From a virus (taxonomy: Duplodnaviria > Caudoviricetes), in IMG/VR virus record IMGVR_UViG_3300033987_000092, positions 1-58,177 of that record: 58,177 nt of DNA. One strand, written 5' to 3'. Position numbers and translations under genes: made by a program. Below the pieces are notes generated by a model, which saw nothing but the letters and a program-made list of their open reading frames with translations, searched no databases and was not told the origin of the DNA. Numbering within the stretch: the first letter of the stretch is position 1; each line of letters opens with the position of its first letter. Of the stretch, positions 1 to 7,724 are shown piece after piece.

Positions 1-7
1 TGGGAAT
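1..7 (+). repeat. Putative att core, left (TGGGAAT; may extend left of the window)
   Basis: Same 7-mer at 58052-58058; lies just past the integrase stop and terminator. Confidence 0.6.
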
Positions 8-14
8 GATGAAT

Positions 15-57
15 AAAAACCCCGAAAACCCCTATTCTTCAAGGGATTTCGGGGTTT
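15..57 (-). terminator. Intrinsic terminator of the integrase gene
   Basis: Inverted repeat AAACCCCGAAA(17-27)/TTTCGGGGTTT(47-57) overlapping the int stop; U-run on minus strand from A15-19. Confidence 0.6.
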
Positions 58-1150
58 CGTTTTCACTTGTGGCATTATTTTGGCATTGGGATTCTACATT
101 TCTTAATTTTTGTAATTCCTCAGCTAACTGGATTCCTTTATTAGGATAAAGATGTGCATATGTTTCCATAGTAGTCTGCACACTTTCATGTCCTAGGCGT
201 TCTGAAATAAGAAGTATTGGCTGGCCCATTTCTATCAGTAATGAAGCGTGAGAATGGCGCAAGTCATGAACCCTTATCCTTTTTACGCAGGCTATCTTTG
301 CAAAGCTATCTAAATTCTTGTTGAGAGTAGTTTTAGTAAAATAGAAAACTTTATCAGTATCTTTGATTTCATACAATGAATTAAGATACTCCTGAATTTC
401 ATTATAAAGGAAATCCGGTATCGGTACTTTACGGGCACTCTTTGTGGTTTTAGGATCATAAATGCGGTCCTCACCATTTTTGCGAGATGCAGTTTTATTC
501 ACATCTATAATCTTAGTATCCCAAATATCTTTAGGTGTGAGGGCTATTGTTTCTCCGACTCGCAATCCTGTCCAAAACATTATTTCGAAAGCTAGCTTTA
601 TGGCTGGTTTATCAACTACTTTAATAAATTGCTCAAATTCATTAACGGTCCAAATCTCCATTTCATCTGCTTTTTTCTTTCCTATACTGCCAGCTTTACG
701 AACAGGATTTTCGGGTAGCTTATAGTATTTTACTGCATAGTTAAAAATGGCACTTAATTGATTATTTATCGTTTTGAGATAAGTAGGTGAATAATCATTT
801 TCATTTGTTATAAGCTTGTTTTGCCATTTTCTAACATGAGTTGCCTCAATCTTATTCAAAGGCAACTTTTTGAAAAAGGGGAGGATATGGGTATCAATAA
901 TATTTTTCTTTGTATCCATAGTGCTTCCTTTTAAACGGGCAGATACATCTTCTAAATAAAGTTGCACAAGGCTTTCAAATGACATATCGCAGCTTTGTTT
1001 GGATTTATTAAGGAATTCTCGCTCATAATCCTTAGCATCTTTTTGCTTGGTAAATCCTCTTTTCTTTTTAAGTTTACGTGTACCGGTCCAGTCTGTATAA
1101 TAAAAACTTGCATACCAAGTGCCACGTTTTTCATCTTTATATACAGGCAT
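32..1150 (-). CDS. int: Tyrosine integrase with N-terminal arm-DNA-binding domain
   Basis: Catalytic motifs TGLRVGE, HDLRHSHAS, RLGHES..T..TYAH; N-terminal 'WYASFYYTDWTG..KKKRGF..QKDA' arm-binding type domain. Confidence 0.97.
   Translation of the reverse strand: MPVYKDEKRGTWYASFYYTDWTGTRKLKKKRGFTKQKDAKDYEREFLNKSKQSCDMSFESLVQLYLEDVSARLKGSTMDTKKNIIDTHILPFFKKLPLNKIEATHVRKWQNKLITNENDYSPTYLKTINNQLSAIFNYAVKYYKLPENPVRKAGSIGKKKADEMEIWTVNEFEQFIKVVDKPAIKLAFEIMFWTGLRVGETIALTPKDIWDTKIIDVNKTASRKNGEDRIYDPKTTKSARKVPIPDFLYNEIQEYLNSLYEIKDTDKVFYFTKTTLNKNLDSFAKIACVKRIRVHDLRHSHASLLIEMGQPILLISERLGHESVQTTMETYAHLYPNKGIQLAEELQKLRNVESQCQNNATSENETPKSLEE
67..87 (+). repeat. Integrase arm-type site (left)
   Basis: TTGTGGCATTATTTTGGCATT, 20/21 identical to 57925-57945; internal tandem TGGCATT at 11-bp spacing. 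Confidence 0.7.
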
Positions 1151-1204
1151 AATAACACCCCATTTTGCAGAATAACCCCACCCCTATATAGGGCGGGGTT
1201 TTGG

Positions 1205-1783
1205 TTATTTATCATTCTGACTTCTACGTAAATACATATCAAGTCGAGCGAATATTGATTCAATCCTTTCTTGTAGTTCAGTATCAGAAAGTCTGTCCTG
1301 CTGGTGACGCTTCAAATGTTCTACATTTTTTCCATTAAGCCATTTATTAAATTTCCTTTTGATGATTTCATATCTATGGCTTACTGCATAAAGGAAATGA
1401 ACATACTTATACCTTTCATCTTCATAGACAACATATTTGTTGAAATCAGGATCGTTTCTGCTTTTGTCATATGTAAGCAGGTAATTCTTTGTTGAGAGAA
1501 TATTTTCATAGTATGATATGTATTCTCCCCAACGGTTAAGGTAGTCGAGCATAGAAAGCCTTAATGTTATTAAAAGTTTGTCAAATTGCTCAAATTCTTT
1601 ATCGGTAAGCTTGTCTTTGTTAATTTCTAAAATGCTATAGCAGTAATCAGCAAAATCTAATCCGGACTCATAATTTCTTGTGTAAGTAAAAAATTCATGG
1701 ACAAAATTACACAAAGGATAACTTAAAAGCTCTTTAAGAGCGATTAAAGGATCTATATACTTTTTTAAGTACCCTTGAAGCAT
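1205..1783 (-). CDS. Hypothetical accessory protein (AT-rich, lysogeny operon)
   Basis: 192-aa ORF co-oriented and tightly packed between int and upstream genes; no family recognised. Confidence 0.7.
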   Translation of the reverse strand: MLQGYLKKYIDPLIALKELLSYPLCNFVHEFFTYTRNYESGLDFADYCYSILEINKDKLTDKEFEQFDKLLITLRLSMLDYLNRWGEYISYYENILSTKNYLLTYDKSRNDPDFNKYVVYEDERYKYVHFLYAVSHRYEIIKRKFNKWLNGKNVEHLKRHQQDRLSDTELQERIESIFARLDMYLRRSQNDK

Positions 1784-1786
1784 GGC

Positions 1787-2185
1787 TTATCTTGTTATTG
1801 TTGGGTAGGCTGTCCCTTTTCTCTCGACCATTGCCACATCATATACTCCATTTTCTATAGACGATTTGCTCTTATAAAACCATATTGTAACTTCTTCATA
1901 TTTACTATTATTTAACTGAGAATATACCCAGAGAAGTTGTTCATCTGTAGCTTTTTCATCAACAATTACCCTAAAAGAATGATTTTTTAATCCTACACCA
2001 TAATCTTCGCTGGTGACCACTTCGTAAGCAATGGTGTTATCCGATGGTTCATCTATTTGTGTAGTTAAAATTTCTTTAACGGGTGTGCCTTTGTCATACA
2101 AACCTAAAATATTTCCCAATGCTGCAAAAACAACTACAACAAGAACTACCCAAAACCACTTGTTTTTTGTAATAGATGTTTTCAT
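1787..2185 (-). CDS. N-terminally membrane-anchored protein (superinfection-exclusion-like position)
   Basis: KNKWFWVVLVVVVFAALG anchor then soluble domain; AGGAGG RBS; located between immA and int. Confidence 0.7.
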   Translation of the reverse strand: MKTSITKNKWFWVVLVVVVFAALGNILGLYDKGTPVKEILTTQIDEPSDNTIAYEVVTSEDYGVGLKNHSFRVIVDEKATDEQLLWVYSQLNNSKYEEVTIWFYKSKSSIENGVYDVAMVERKGTAYPTITR

Positions 2186-2187
2186 TT

Positions 2188-2634
2188 TTAACCCTCCTTA
2201 TCAAGCAAATATTTCACCTTATATTCCATCATTTTTTCAGATACCTCCAAACACGAGGCTACCTGGCTAAGGCAATATCCTTCATAGTGTTTAGGATCAA
2301 TATCACCTATAAGTAACTCAGCGGCAAATATATTGGCTTCTATTTCGACTTTTTCTACTGGCAAATATGTAAAGGCATCAAGGAATACGGTATTGGTTTT
2401 TCGATGTAATACGGCATGGCCTAATTCGTGGGCACACACTTGGCGTTTAAGGTATGAGTCAAGATTGCAGTTTATATGGATCATTCGTTTTTTATATTTA
2501 TACTGATATATTCCGCGTATACTTCCAAGGTCGCTGTATAATACCGTGATTCCCATTAAACTGCACAACTCAAAAGGCTCAGATGTTTTATATTTCCTTT
2601 TAATCTTTTCAACAACACTTTTAATATCCTGCAT
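2188..2634 (-). CDS. ImmA/IrrE-family metallopeptidase (anti-repressor protease)
   Basis: CAHELGH (HExxH) plus 'EIEANIFAAELL' motif; adjacent to XRE repressor. Confidence 0.92.
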   Translation of the reverse strand: MQDIKSVVEKIKRKYKTSEPFELCSLMGITVLYSDLGSIRGIYQYKYKKRMIHINCNLDSYLKRQVCAHELGHAVLHRKTNTVFLDAFTYLPVEKVEIEANIFAAELLIGDIDPKHYEGYCLSQVASCLEVSEKMMEYKVKYLLDKEG

Positions 2635-2648
2635 AGTGGAAATAGCTC

Positions 2649-3071
2649 CTATTTCCTATGTTTTTTTGGAGTGTATTTTTCCTTTGCTTCTTTTTTTGCC
2701 AACATCATACCCTCCTCTAGTGCAGCCATAACCTTCGCCAAGGTTTCCTCATCATCGATTTCGCCATCAAAAGCCATCCCTAAGGATGTCAACATAAGGG
2801 CTTTAATTCGGTTAGATTCCTCTTTTATCTTTGCAATATCTTTTTCAGTGAGTTTTGCCGTATATTTCTTATCCTTTCTGACATTACTAAGACCAAGTAT
2901 ATAGTCGGCACTCTCATCAAATATTTCTACAAGTTTCTTTATAGTCTCATCTGTTAAAGGAACTCTACCTGTTTCATATTTTGACACTGCTGATTTTTGA
3001 ACCTTTAATCTATGACCTAAATCCTCTTGTGTCCAACCTTTTTCCTCTCTTAATTGCTTAATTCTATTCAT
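2649..3071 (-). CDS. XRE-family prophage repressor (CI/ImmR-like)
   Basis: RIKQLREEKGWTQEDLG..SAVSKYETG HTH; start moved to ATG 3071 behind GAGGTGGTG RBS. Confidence 0.92.
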   Translation of the reverse strand: MNRIKQLREEKGWTQEDLGHRLKVQKSAVSKYETGRVPLTDETIKKLVEIFDESADYILGLSNVRKDKKYTAKLTEKDIAKIKEESNRIKALMLTSLGMAFDGEIDDEETLAKVMAALEEGMMLAKKEAKEKYTPKKHRK

Positions 3072-3097
3072 ATTCACCACCTCAAGCAGAATTATAT

Positions 3098-3209
3098 AGT
3101 ATCTGATTAGGAAATTATACAATTGTGTCCTAATCAGATACTATTTATAAAAAAACTATTGACATATTCCTAATAGGATACTATAATTAAAGTATCCCAA
3201 TAAGACACT
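3098..3209. promoter_or_regulatory. Lysis/lysogeny switch: four 19-bp operators
   Basis: AGTATCTGATTAGGAAATT (3098), TGTGTCCTAATCAGATACT (3124, inverted), ATATTCCTAATAGGATACT (3164, inverted), AGTATCCCAATAAGACACT (3191). Confidence 0.8.
3159..3187 (+). promoter_or_regulatory. Early lytic promoter (perfect sigmaA consensus)
   Basis: TTGACA-17 bp-TATAAT upstream of cro; operator 3164-3182 fills the spacer. Confidence 0.9.
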
Positions 3210-3227
3210 GTTAAAGGAGGCTATGTA

Positions 3228-3434
3228 ATGTTTGAAAAGCTAAGAAACCTCAGAAACCAAAAAGGTATATCTGCAGAAACAATGGCTGAAATTCTTGGCC
3301 TAGAAACAAAAGCTGCATACTACAAAAAAGAAGTAGGGAGCGTAAAGTTTACATTAGCTGAAGCAAAGAAAATAGCTGATTACTTTAAGCTTCCTATTGA
3401 AGAAATTTTTTTTGCAGATGAAGTATCTCAATAG
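3228..3434 (+). CDS. Cro-like XRE HTH regulator
   Basis: 68-aa HTH (LRNLRNQKGISAETMAEILGL..YYKKEVG..FTL.EAKKIA) divergent from repressor; AGGAGG RBS. Confidence 0.9.
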   Translation: MFEKLRNLRNQKGISAETMAEILGLETKAAYYKKEVGSVKFTLAEAKKIADYFKLPIEEIFFADEVSQ

Positions 3435-3440
3435 GAATAT
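3422..3440 (+). promoter_or_regulatory. Fifth operator copy at the end of cro
   Basis: AGTATCTCAATAGGAATAT matches the switch operators. Confidence 0.65.
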
Positions 3441-3481
3441 GTTCTTGTGAAATATTCTAAATCAAAAGGCAGGTGAGATAA

Positions 3482-3964
3482 ATGGGAACCAACCCTACAA
3501 AAGCATTGGATAATATCTACTGTCGCTGTAGAAAAGAGGCAGCAAAATATAATGACAAGCTAAACAGCAGAGAAGGTGCGGCAGAACTACTTGGAGTATC
3601 GGTTTCTTCACTTGCAGATTATGAGCTTGGGAACACAAAGGTTGTACCTGTGGATAAGGTAGTTTTAATGGCAGATCTCTATAATGCACCGGAGATAAAA
3701 AACCATTATTGTACCAATGAATGTCCGATCGGAAAAGACACAGTTCCCAAACTAGAGATTGCAGAACTCGACCGATTGACCATAAAAGTTTTATCAGCAT
3801 TTCGCTCTATTGATGAAATAAAGAACAAGCTTATTGATATAGCTGCTGATGGGGTTATATCAGAACATGAGAAACCTGAGCTTGAAGAGGTACTTCAGGC
3901 ATTGGAACAAATAACTGTGTATAGTCAAGAACTGCGATTATGGGCAGAAAAAAATCTGAAGTAA
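3482..3964 (+). CDS. XRE HTH phage regulatory protein (CII-like position)
   Basis: SREGAAELLGVSVSSLADYELG HTH with helical C-terminus. Confidence 0.8.
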   Translation: MGTNPTKALDNIYCRCRKEAAKYNDKLNSREGAAELLGVSVSSLADYELGNTKVVPVDKVVLMADLYNAPEIKNHYCTNECPIGKDTVPKLEIAELDRLTIKVLSAFRSIDEIKNKLIDIAADGVISEHEKPELEEVLQALEQITVYSQELRLWAEKNLK

Positions 3965-3977
3965 GGAGGCGAAGAAC

Positions 3978-4190
3978 ATGGCATTTTACCGGGTTGAAGA
4001 TATTATGGCACTGCTTGGCGTGTCTAAATCAAAAGCTTATAAAATCATTCAGGACCTCAACAAGGAGCTTAGCAAAAAGGGATATATCACAGTAGCCGGG
4101 AAAGTGCCCAAAAAGTACTTTTGCGAGAAGTTCTATTGCGACATGAATGAGATTAACGCTCATGAGCAAGCAATGGCTGTTTCTAAATAG
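3978..4190 (+). CDS. xis: Excisionase (ICEBs1 Xis-like)
   Basis: FYRVEDIMALLGVSKSKAYKIIQDLNKEL..KGYITVAGKVPKKYF pattern typical of this family. Confidence 0.8.
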   Translation: MAFYRVEDIMALLGVSKSKAYKIIQDLNKELSKKGYITVAGKVPKKYFCEKFYCDMNEINAHEQAMAVSK

Positions 4191-4221
4191 GACAGGCCTT
4201 TATATAGGGGAGGTGAAATAA

Positions 4222-4383
4222 ATGCAATGTGGCAGGTGCGGTAGAACATTGAAAAACCCGAAGTATCAGAAATTAGGCTTTGGAAGAGTTTGTTATAGTA
4301 AGCACCTTCAAGAAGCTTCCAAGGATAAAGAGAAAGGAGCTGAAACTGATGCTAAGGAGACTCAATGCAAAGATCGAGCTTGA
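4222..4383 (+). CDS. Small Zn-ribbon protein (DUF6011-like), 53 aa, missing from ORF track
   Basis: Hand translation MQCGRCGRTLKNPKYQKLGFGRVC...; GGAGGTG RBS. Confidence 0.75.
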   Translation: MQCGRCGRTLKNPKYQKLGFGRVCYSKHLQEASKDKEKGAETDAKETQCKDRA

Positions 4384-4636
4384 CATCGACGTGGATCCTG
4401 AGTTTTATGACTACATTTTTGAAAACACACAAACAGAACTTGAACTTTGTGAAAACCGGGGTAAGTTGGTCCTTTATGTAGAGTATGAAATGGATCTTCC
4501 ACATATCCAAAAGGATATAGAGAAAATTTTGAATGTAGTTGATAGGATTAACCAGGTTTACAAGACAGTAGGCTACCCATGGGAGGCACTGGAGATTTTA
4601 GAAAAGGAAAAAGAGAGGGGGCTAAAAGTTGGATAA
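4349..4636 (+). CDS. Hypothetical protein
   Basis: ORF-track frame; start moved to ATG 4349 behind AAAGGAG. Confidence 0.65.
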   Translation: MLRRLNAKIELDIDVDPEFYDYIFENTQTELELCENRGKLVLYVEYEMDLPHIQKDIEKILNVVDRINQVYKTVGYPWEALEILEKEKERGLKVG

Positions 4637-4790
4637 CAATACGGCCATTAACTATGCAGTTATTGCATACAGGAAAGCAATTAATCAAGGACTTGATGAA
4701 AATGAATTTGCAGCTCTTATTTATGCACTGATGGATGAGTATACAGAAGAAGAAATACGCCAAATGGCATCAAAGGGGGAGAGAAAATGA
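4629..4790 (+). CDS. Hypothetical 53-aa protein, missing from ORF track
   Basis: TTG start after GAGGGG; MDNNTAINYAVIAYRKAINQGLDENEF...; fills the gap and overlaps the next start (ATGA). Confidence 0.55.
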   Translation: MDNNTAINYAVIAYRKAINQGLDENEFAALIYALMDEYTEEEIRQMASKGERK

Positions 4791-5164
4791 ATGGTTGCAA
4801 GGTGTATCAAATGCCAACGGACATGGCAAGTCAGTATTCAAAAAGTAATTCCAAAGGAAGGTTACATATGCCCAAGGTGTACTCCACGAAAATACATCAA
4901 CTCAAGAAAGCAGTTGCCAGGACAGCGGCATTTCTTGTCACAGTATCAATCAAGATAGGTATATCAATATTTTCAGCGTGGCTTGTGTCATTGTGGGCAT
5001 TACCTGCAGCTTATGCCCAAAGAGGATACTTTGCTGTAGGAGGTGAGTGGATTCTGATTATAGCCGCTTTTGGGGCTACATATTGGGCAATTACAGTTCA
5101 GTTTAGGAAGTTAAAAAGCAAAGGAGGTGTGAAATACATTGACAAAATGCAGTATATGCGGTAG
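4787..5164 (+). CDS. Hypothetical membrane protein
   Basis: Two hydrophobic segments around 'AYAQRGYFAVGGEW'. Confidence 0.65.
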   Translation: MNGCKVYQMPTDMASQYSKSNSKGRLHMPKVYSTKIHQLKKAVARTAAFLVTVSIKIGISIFSAWLVSLWALPAAYAQRGYFAVGGEWILIIAAFGATYWAITVQFRKLKSKGGVKYIDKMQYMR

Positions 5165-5342
5165 AGCAATACGCTTCGTTAAAAGAAAAGGGAAAAAGGC
5201 TCTGATAGTAAATGTTCATCCGGTATTTTTTATCCCTGATAACACCAGTGATAAGGAGTATGTCCTGACAAATGGAGATATCCGCAGAGGAAGGACTGCT
5301 GAAGATGGGTTAAGAGGATTTATATTACACAGGTGCTCATGA
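5139..5342 (+). CDS. Small Zn-finger-like protein
   Basis: CSIC...HRC; GGAGGTG RBS. Confidence 0.65.
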   Translation: MTKCSICGRAIRFVKRKGKKALIVNVHPVFFIPDNTSDKEYVLTNGDIRRGRTAEDGLRGFILHRCS

Positions 5343-5358
5343 GAGGAGGGCATAACAG

Positions 5359-5592
5359 TTGCCGGAACAGATGGATATACATTGGAGTGAAGTAATGAAG
5401 CTGGCGGAAAAATACGGATTTATTATTCAAGCTTATGGTGGCACTGCTATTTTAGCAACACATGAAAACCAGCTAAAACATTATGGAGAAGATAAGTACA
5501 AATCAATTCAGAAGATGAACGGAAAATGCTTAAAAGAGTTGGGATATCCTGAATGCGAATCAGGGTGTCAAAGATGCTATTTAACCAAATAA
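5359..5592 (+). CDS. Hypothetical protein, Cys-rich C-terminus
   Basis: GAGGAGG RBS; C-x7-C-x3-C-x2-C. Confidence 0.6.
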   Translation: MPEQMDIHWSEVMKLAEKYGFIIQAYGGTAILATHENQLKHYGEDKYKSIQKMNGKCLKELGYPECESGCQRCYLTK

Positions 5593-5608
5593 GGAAGGGG
5601 GAACCAGA

Positions 5609-5860
5609 ATGGATTTAATTAAGGGAAAACATCTCGGGGCATTTGCTCTCATGCCGGCAGCTCCAGGAACTTGTCCTGAATGTGCAGTTGCACATGAACC
5701 AGAGCAGCCTCACAACCAGCAAAGTCTGTTTTATCAGTATAAATTCTTTAATGACCATGGCAGATGGCCCACATGGAAAGATGCCATGTCGCACTGCTCA
5801 GACGAAATTAAGGCTTTTTGGATTGATGAGCTGAAGAAAAGGGGTGTTAAGATTGAGTAA
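5609..5860 (+). CDS. Hypothetical phage protein
   Basis: RBS present; CPEC..H..H motif. Confidence 0.65.
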   Translation: MDLIKGKHLGAFALMPAAPGTCPECAVAHEPEQPHNQQSLFYQYKFFNDHGRWPTWKDAMSHCSDEIKAFWIDELKKRGVKIE

Positions 5861-6110
5861 CCTGAAAGCACTTGCTGAAATTGAACTTGGCGACAGTATT
5901 TCTGATGATGAAATGAAAAAAGCCGAGCAATACGCAAGGCGCAAACTCGACTGGATAATCAGCAGGGAAGGTGATGCACAAGGGGAAAGGCGTCAGCCAT
6001 GGTATCTGGCAATGCTTATATCGGAAACAGTTTATCAGAACCGATTTTCTGAGGCTTGCAGGATCCACAATGAGCTTATGAACATAGAAAAAGATTGCGC
6101 CGCCCGCTAA
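5844..6110 (+). CDS. Hypothetical phage protein
   Basis: Co-oriented ORF in the early operon; start uncertain. Confidence 0.6.
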   Translation: MLRLSNLKALAEIELGDSISDDEMKKAEQYARRKLDWIISREGDAQGERRQPWYLAMLISETVYQNRFSEACRIHNELMNIEKDCAAR

Positions 6111-6183
6111 GCTAACGCAATCGCCCTATGTTCATATTGTAGCATGATTTAATACTTAAATCAACAATATGGAGGTATGAAAA

Positions 6184-7335
6184 ATGGCAAATACAAGTAA
6201 TTCTTTAGTTGAAATTCAAAAAAAATATAGTGGCCAGAATGTAAACTTACTGATGCCGGTATCTAATGAGGCACAGATTAATCCATTCTATAAATTCACC
6301 GTTATGGAAGTACAGGCTGATATATCTGAGAATTCCGGAGACATATTTAAGGTTGGAAGCGTGAAAACAGGAACTGATCCCAAGACTGGGAAAGACATCT
6401 ATTCCGATGTATATTCCCCTGCTAAACCGCTACTTATGAAACTTGCAGCTGCAGCTGGCATCCAATTTGATCCGAACAACACATATGGCGCCTATATCTC
6501 AAAAAACTGTTATAAGGCAAAGGCATACGGTGCTATGAGGCTTCCGGATGGTACCGGCAAAACACACTGTGATGAAAAAGTAATAAACCTGGATGATGAA
6601 GAGGATCGTTTCAGACTTGAATTTATGGATAAATCCCTGCATGGAATTACTGACAAGAAGGCAGCAGAGGAAGCAGCAAAACTGTTTAAAGGTGAGTGGA
6701 TTAACACCACTGACAAATGGGGGAAACCCTGCAAAGCTTACAAAATAGCTGATGAAGATAGGCAGAAATATATCGAAAGGGCTGTGCTTGTTAATATGAC
6801 ATTGCTCAGAAAGACTTTCGCAGAAAAGGCTATGACCGGAGCAATTCTGAGAGTTATCAGAGCACTTATCGGCATAAAAGGCACTTATACACTTGATGAA
6901 TTGAAAAAGCCTTTTGTGGTTCCTAGAGTTACATTTAGCCCTGACTACAGTAATCCGGAAGTAAGAAGAGCAATGCTTGAACAAGGGATGTCTTCTATGA
7001 GTAATATGTTTGGAACAAGCAAGGTACTGACTGCAGCTCCCTCATATATAGAACAGTCAAGCCAAGATGACTTTAATCCGGAAGAATTTGTAGATAATTC
7101 CGCATTTACTTCTGATCTACCTCAAGATGATAGTCCTTTTGATGAATCACAAGAGCAAGAGGATGAACAATCTCCGTTCCCTCCAGATGAGGAACCGATG
7201 GAACCTGACGAAGATTTTGACCCCAATATATGTACAGTCTGTAGTGCAACAATCAGCGATAAGGTGTCTGCCTATGCAGTAAGGAATTTTGGTAGACCTC
7301 TCTGCATGAAGTGCCAGAAAGGCGGTGCCAACTGA
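6184..7335 (+). CDS. Hypothetical protein, possibly recombination/annealing, with acidic linker and C-terminal Zn finger
   Basis: 383 aa, GGAGG RBS, D/E/P-rich tail then CTVC..CMKC; function inferred from position only. Confidence 0.6.
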   Translation: MANTSNSLVEIQKKYSGQNVNLLMPVSNEAQINPFYKFTVMEVQADISENSGDIFKVGSVKTGTDPKTGKDIYSDVYSPAKPLLMKLAAAAGIQFDPNNTYGAYISKNCYKAKAYGAMRLPDGTGKTHCDEKVINLDDEEDRFRLEFMDKSLHGITDKKAAEEAAKLFKGEWINTTDKWGKPCKAYKIADEDRQKYIERAVLVNMTLLRKTFAEKAMTGAILRVIRALIGIKGTYTLDELKKPFVVPRVTFSPDYSNPEVRRAMLEQGMSSMSNMFGTSKVLTAAPSYIEQSSQDDFNPEEFVDNSAFTSDLPQDDSPFDESQEQEDEQSPFPPDEEPMEPDEDFDPNICTVCSATISDKVSAYAVRNFGRPLCMKCQKGGAN

Positions 7336-7724
7336 TGTTAGCCTTAAAAATTACCACTAATTCTGAGGTTGAAACAATAGATGTTAAGGAACCTTTACAC
7401 AAAACAATCCGAGAAGCTCTCGGCGGTTACTTGGAAGTAGTGCATCCCAAGAGGCTTCCCAAGCCTTACTGCATGATAGTCGATGAGGAAGGCCTCCTCA
7501 AGGAATTAGAACTTAATCCGTTAGGATGCTACTTGTATGAAACTGATATTCATAGACAACCGATAGTAGGGGACATCATCATAATGCGTGAGAAATTTAC
7601 CCTTGATGGCATAGCTCTTGATGGACTTCATGAGTCTGACATCGATTCAATTATGAGAGAAATTGGTGGCATTTTAGAACGATTTAAGCAGTATTACAAA
7701 TGCATGAAAGAAGGTGCAAACTGA
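7335..7724 (+). CDS. DUF3846-like protein
   Basis: 'LGGYLEVV..MIVDEEGLLKEL.LN..IVGDIII' pattern; start ATG 7335 overlaps previous TGA. Confidence 0.75.
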   Translation: MLALKITTNSEVETIDVKEPLHKTIREALGGYLEVVHPKRLPKPYCMIVDEEGLLKELELNPLGCYLYETDIHRQPIVGDIIIMREKFTLDGIALDGLHESDIDSIMREIGGILERFKQYYKCMKEGAN

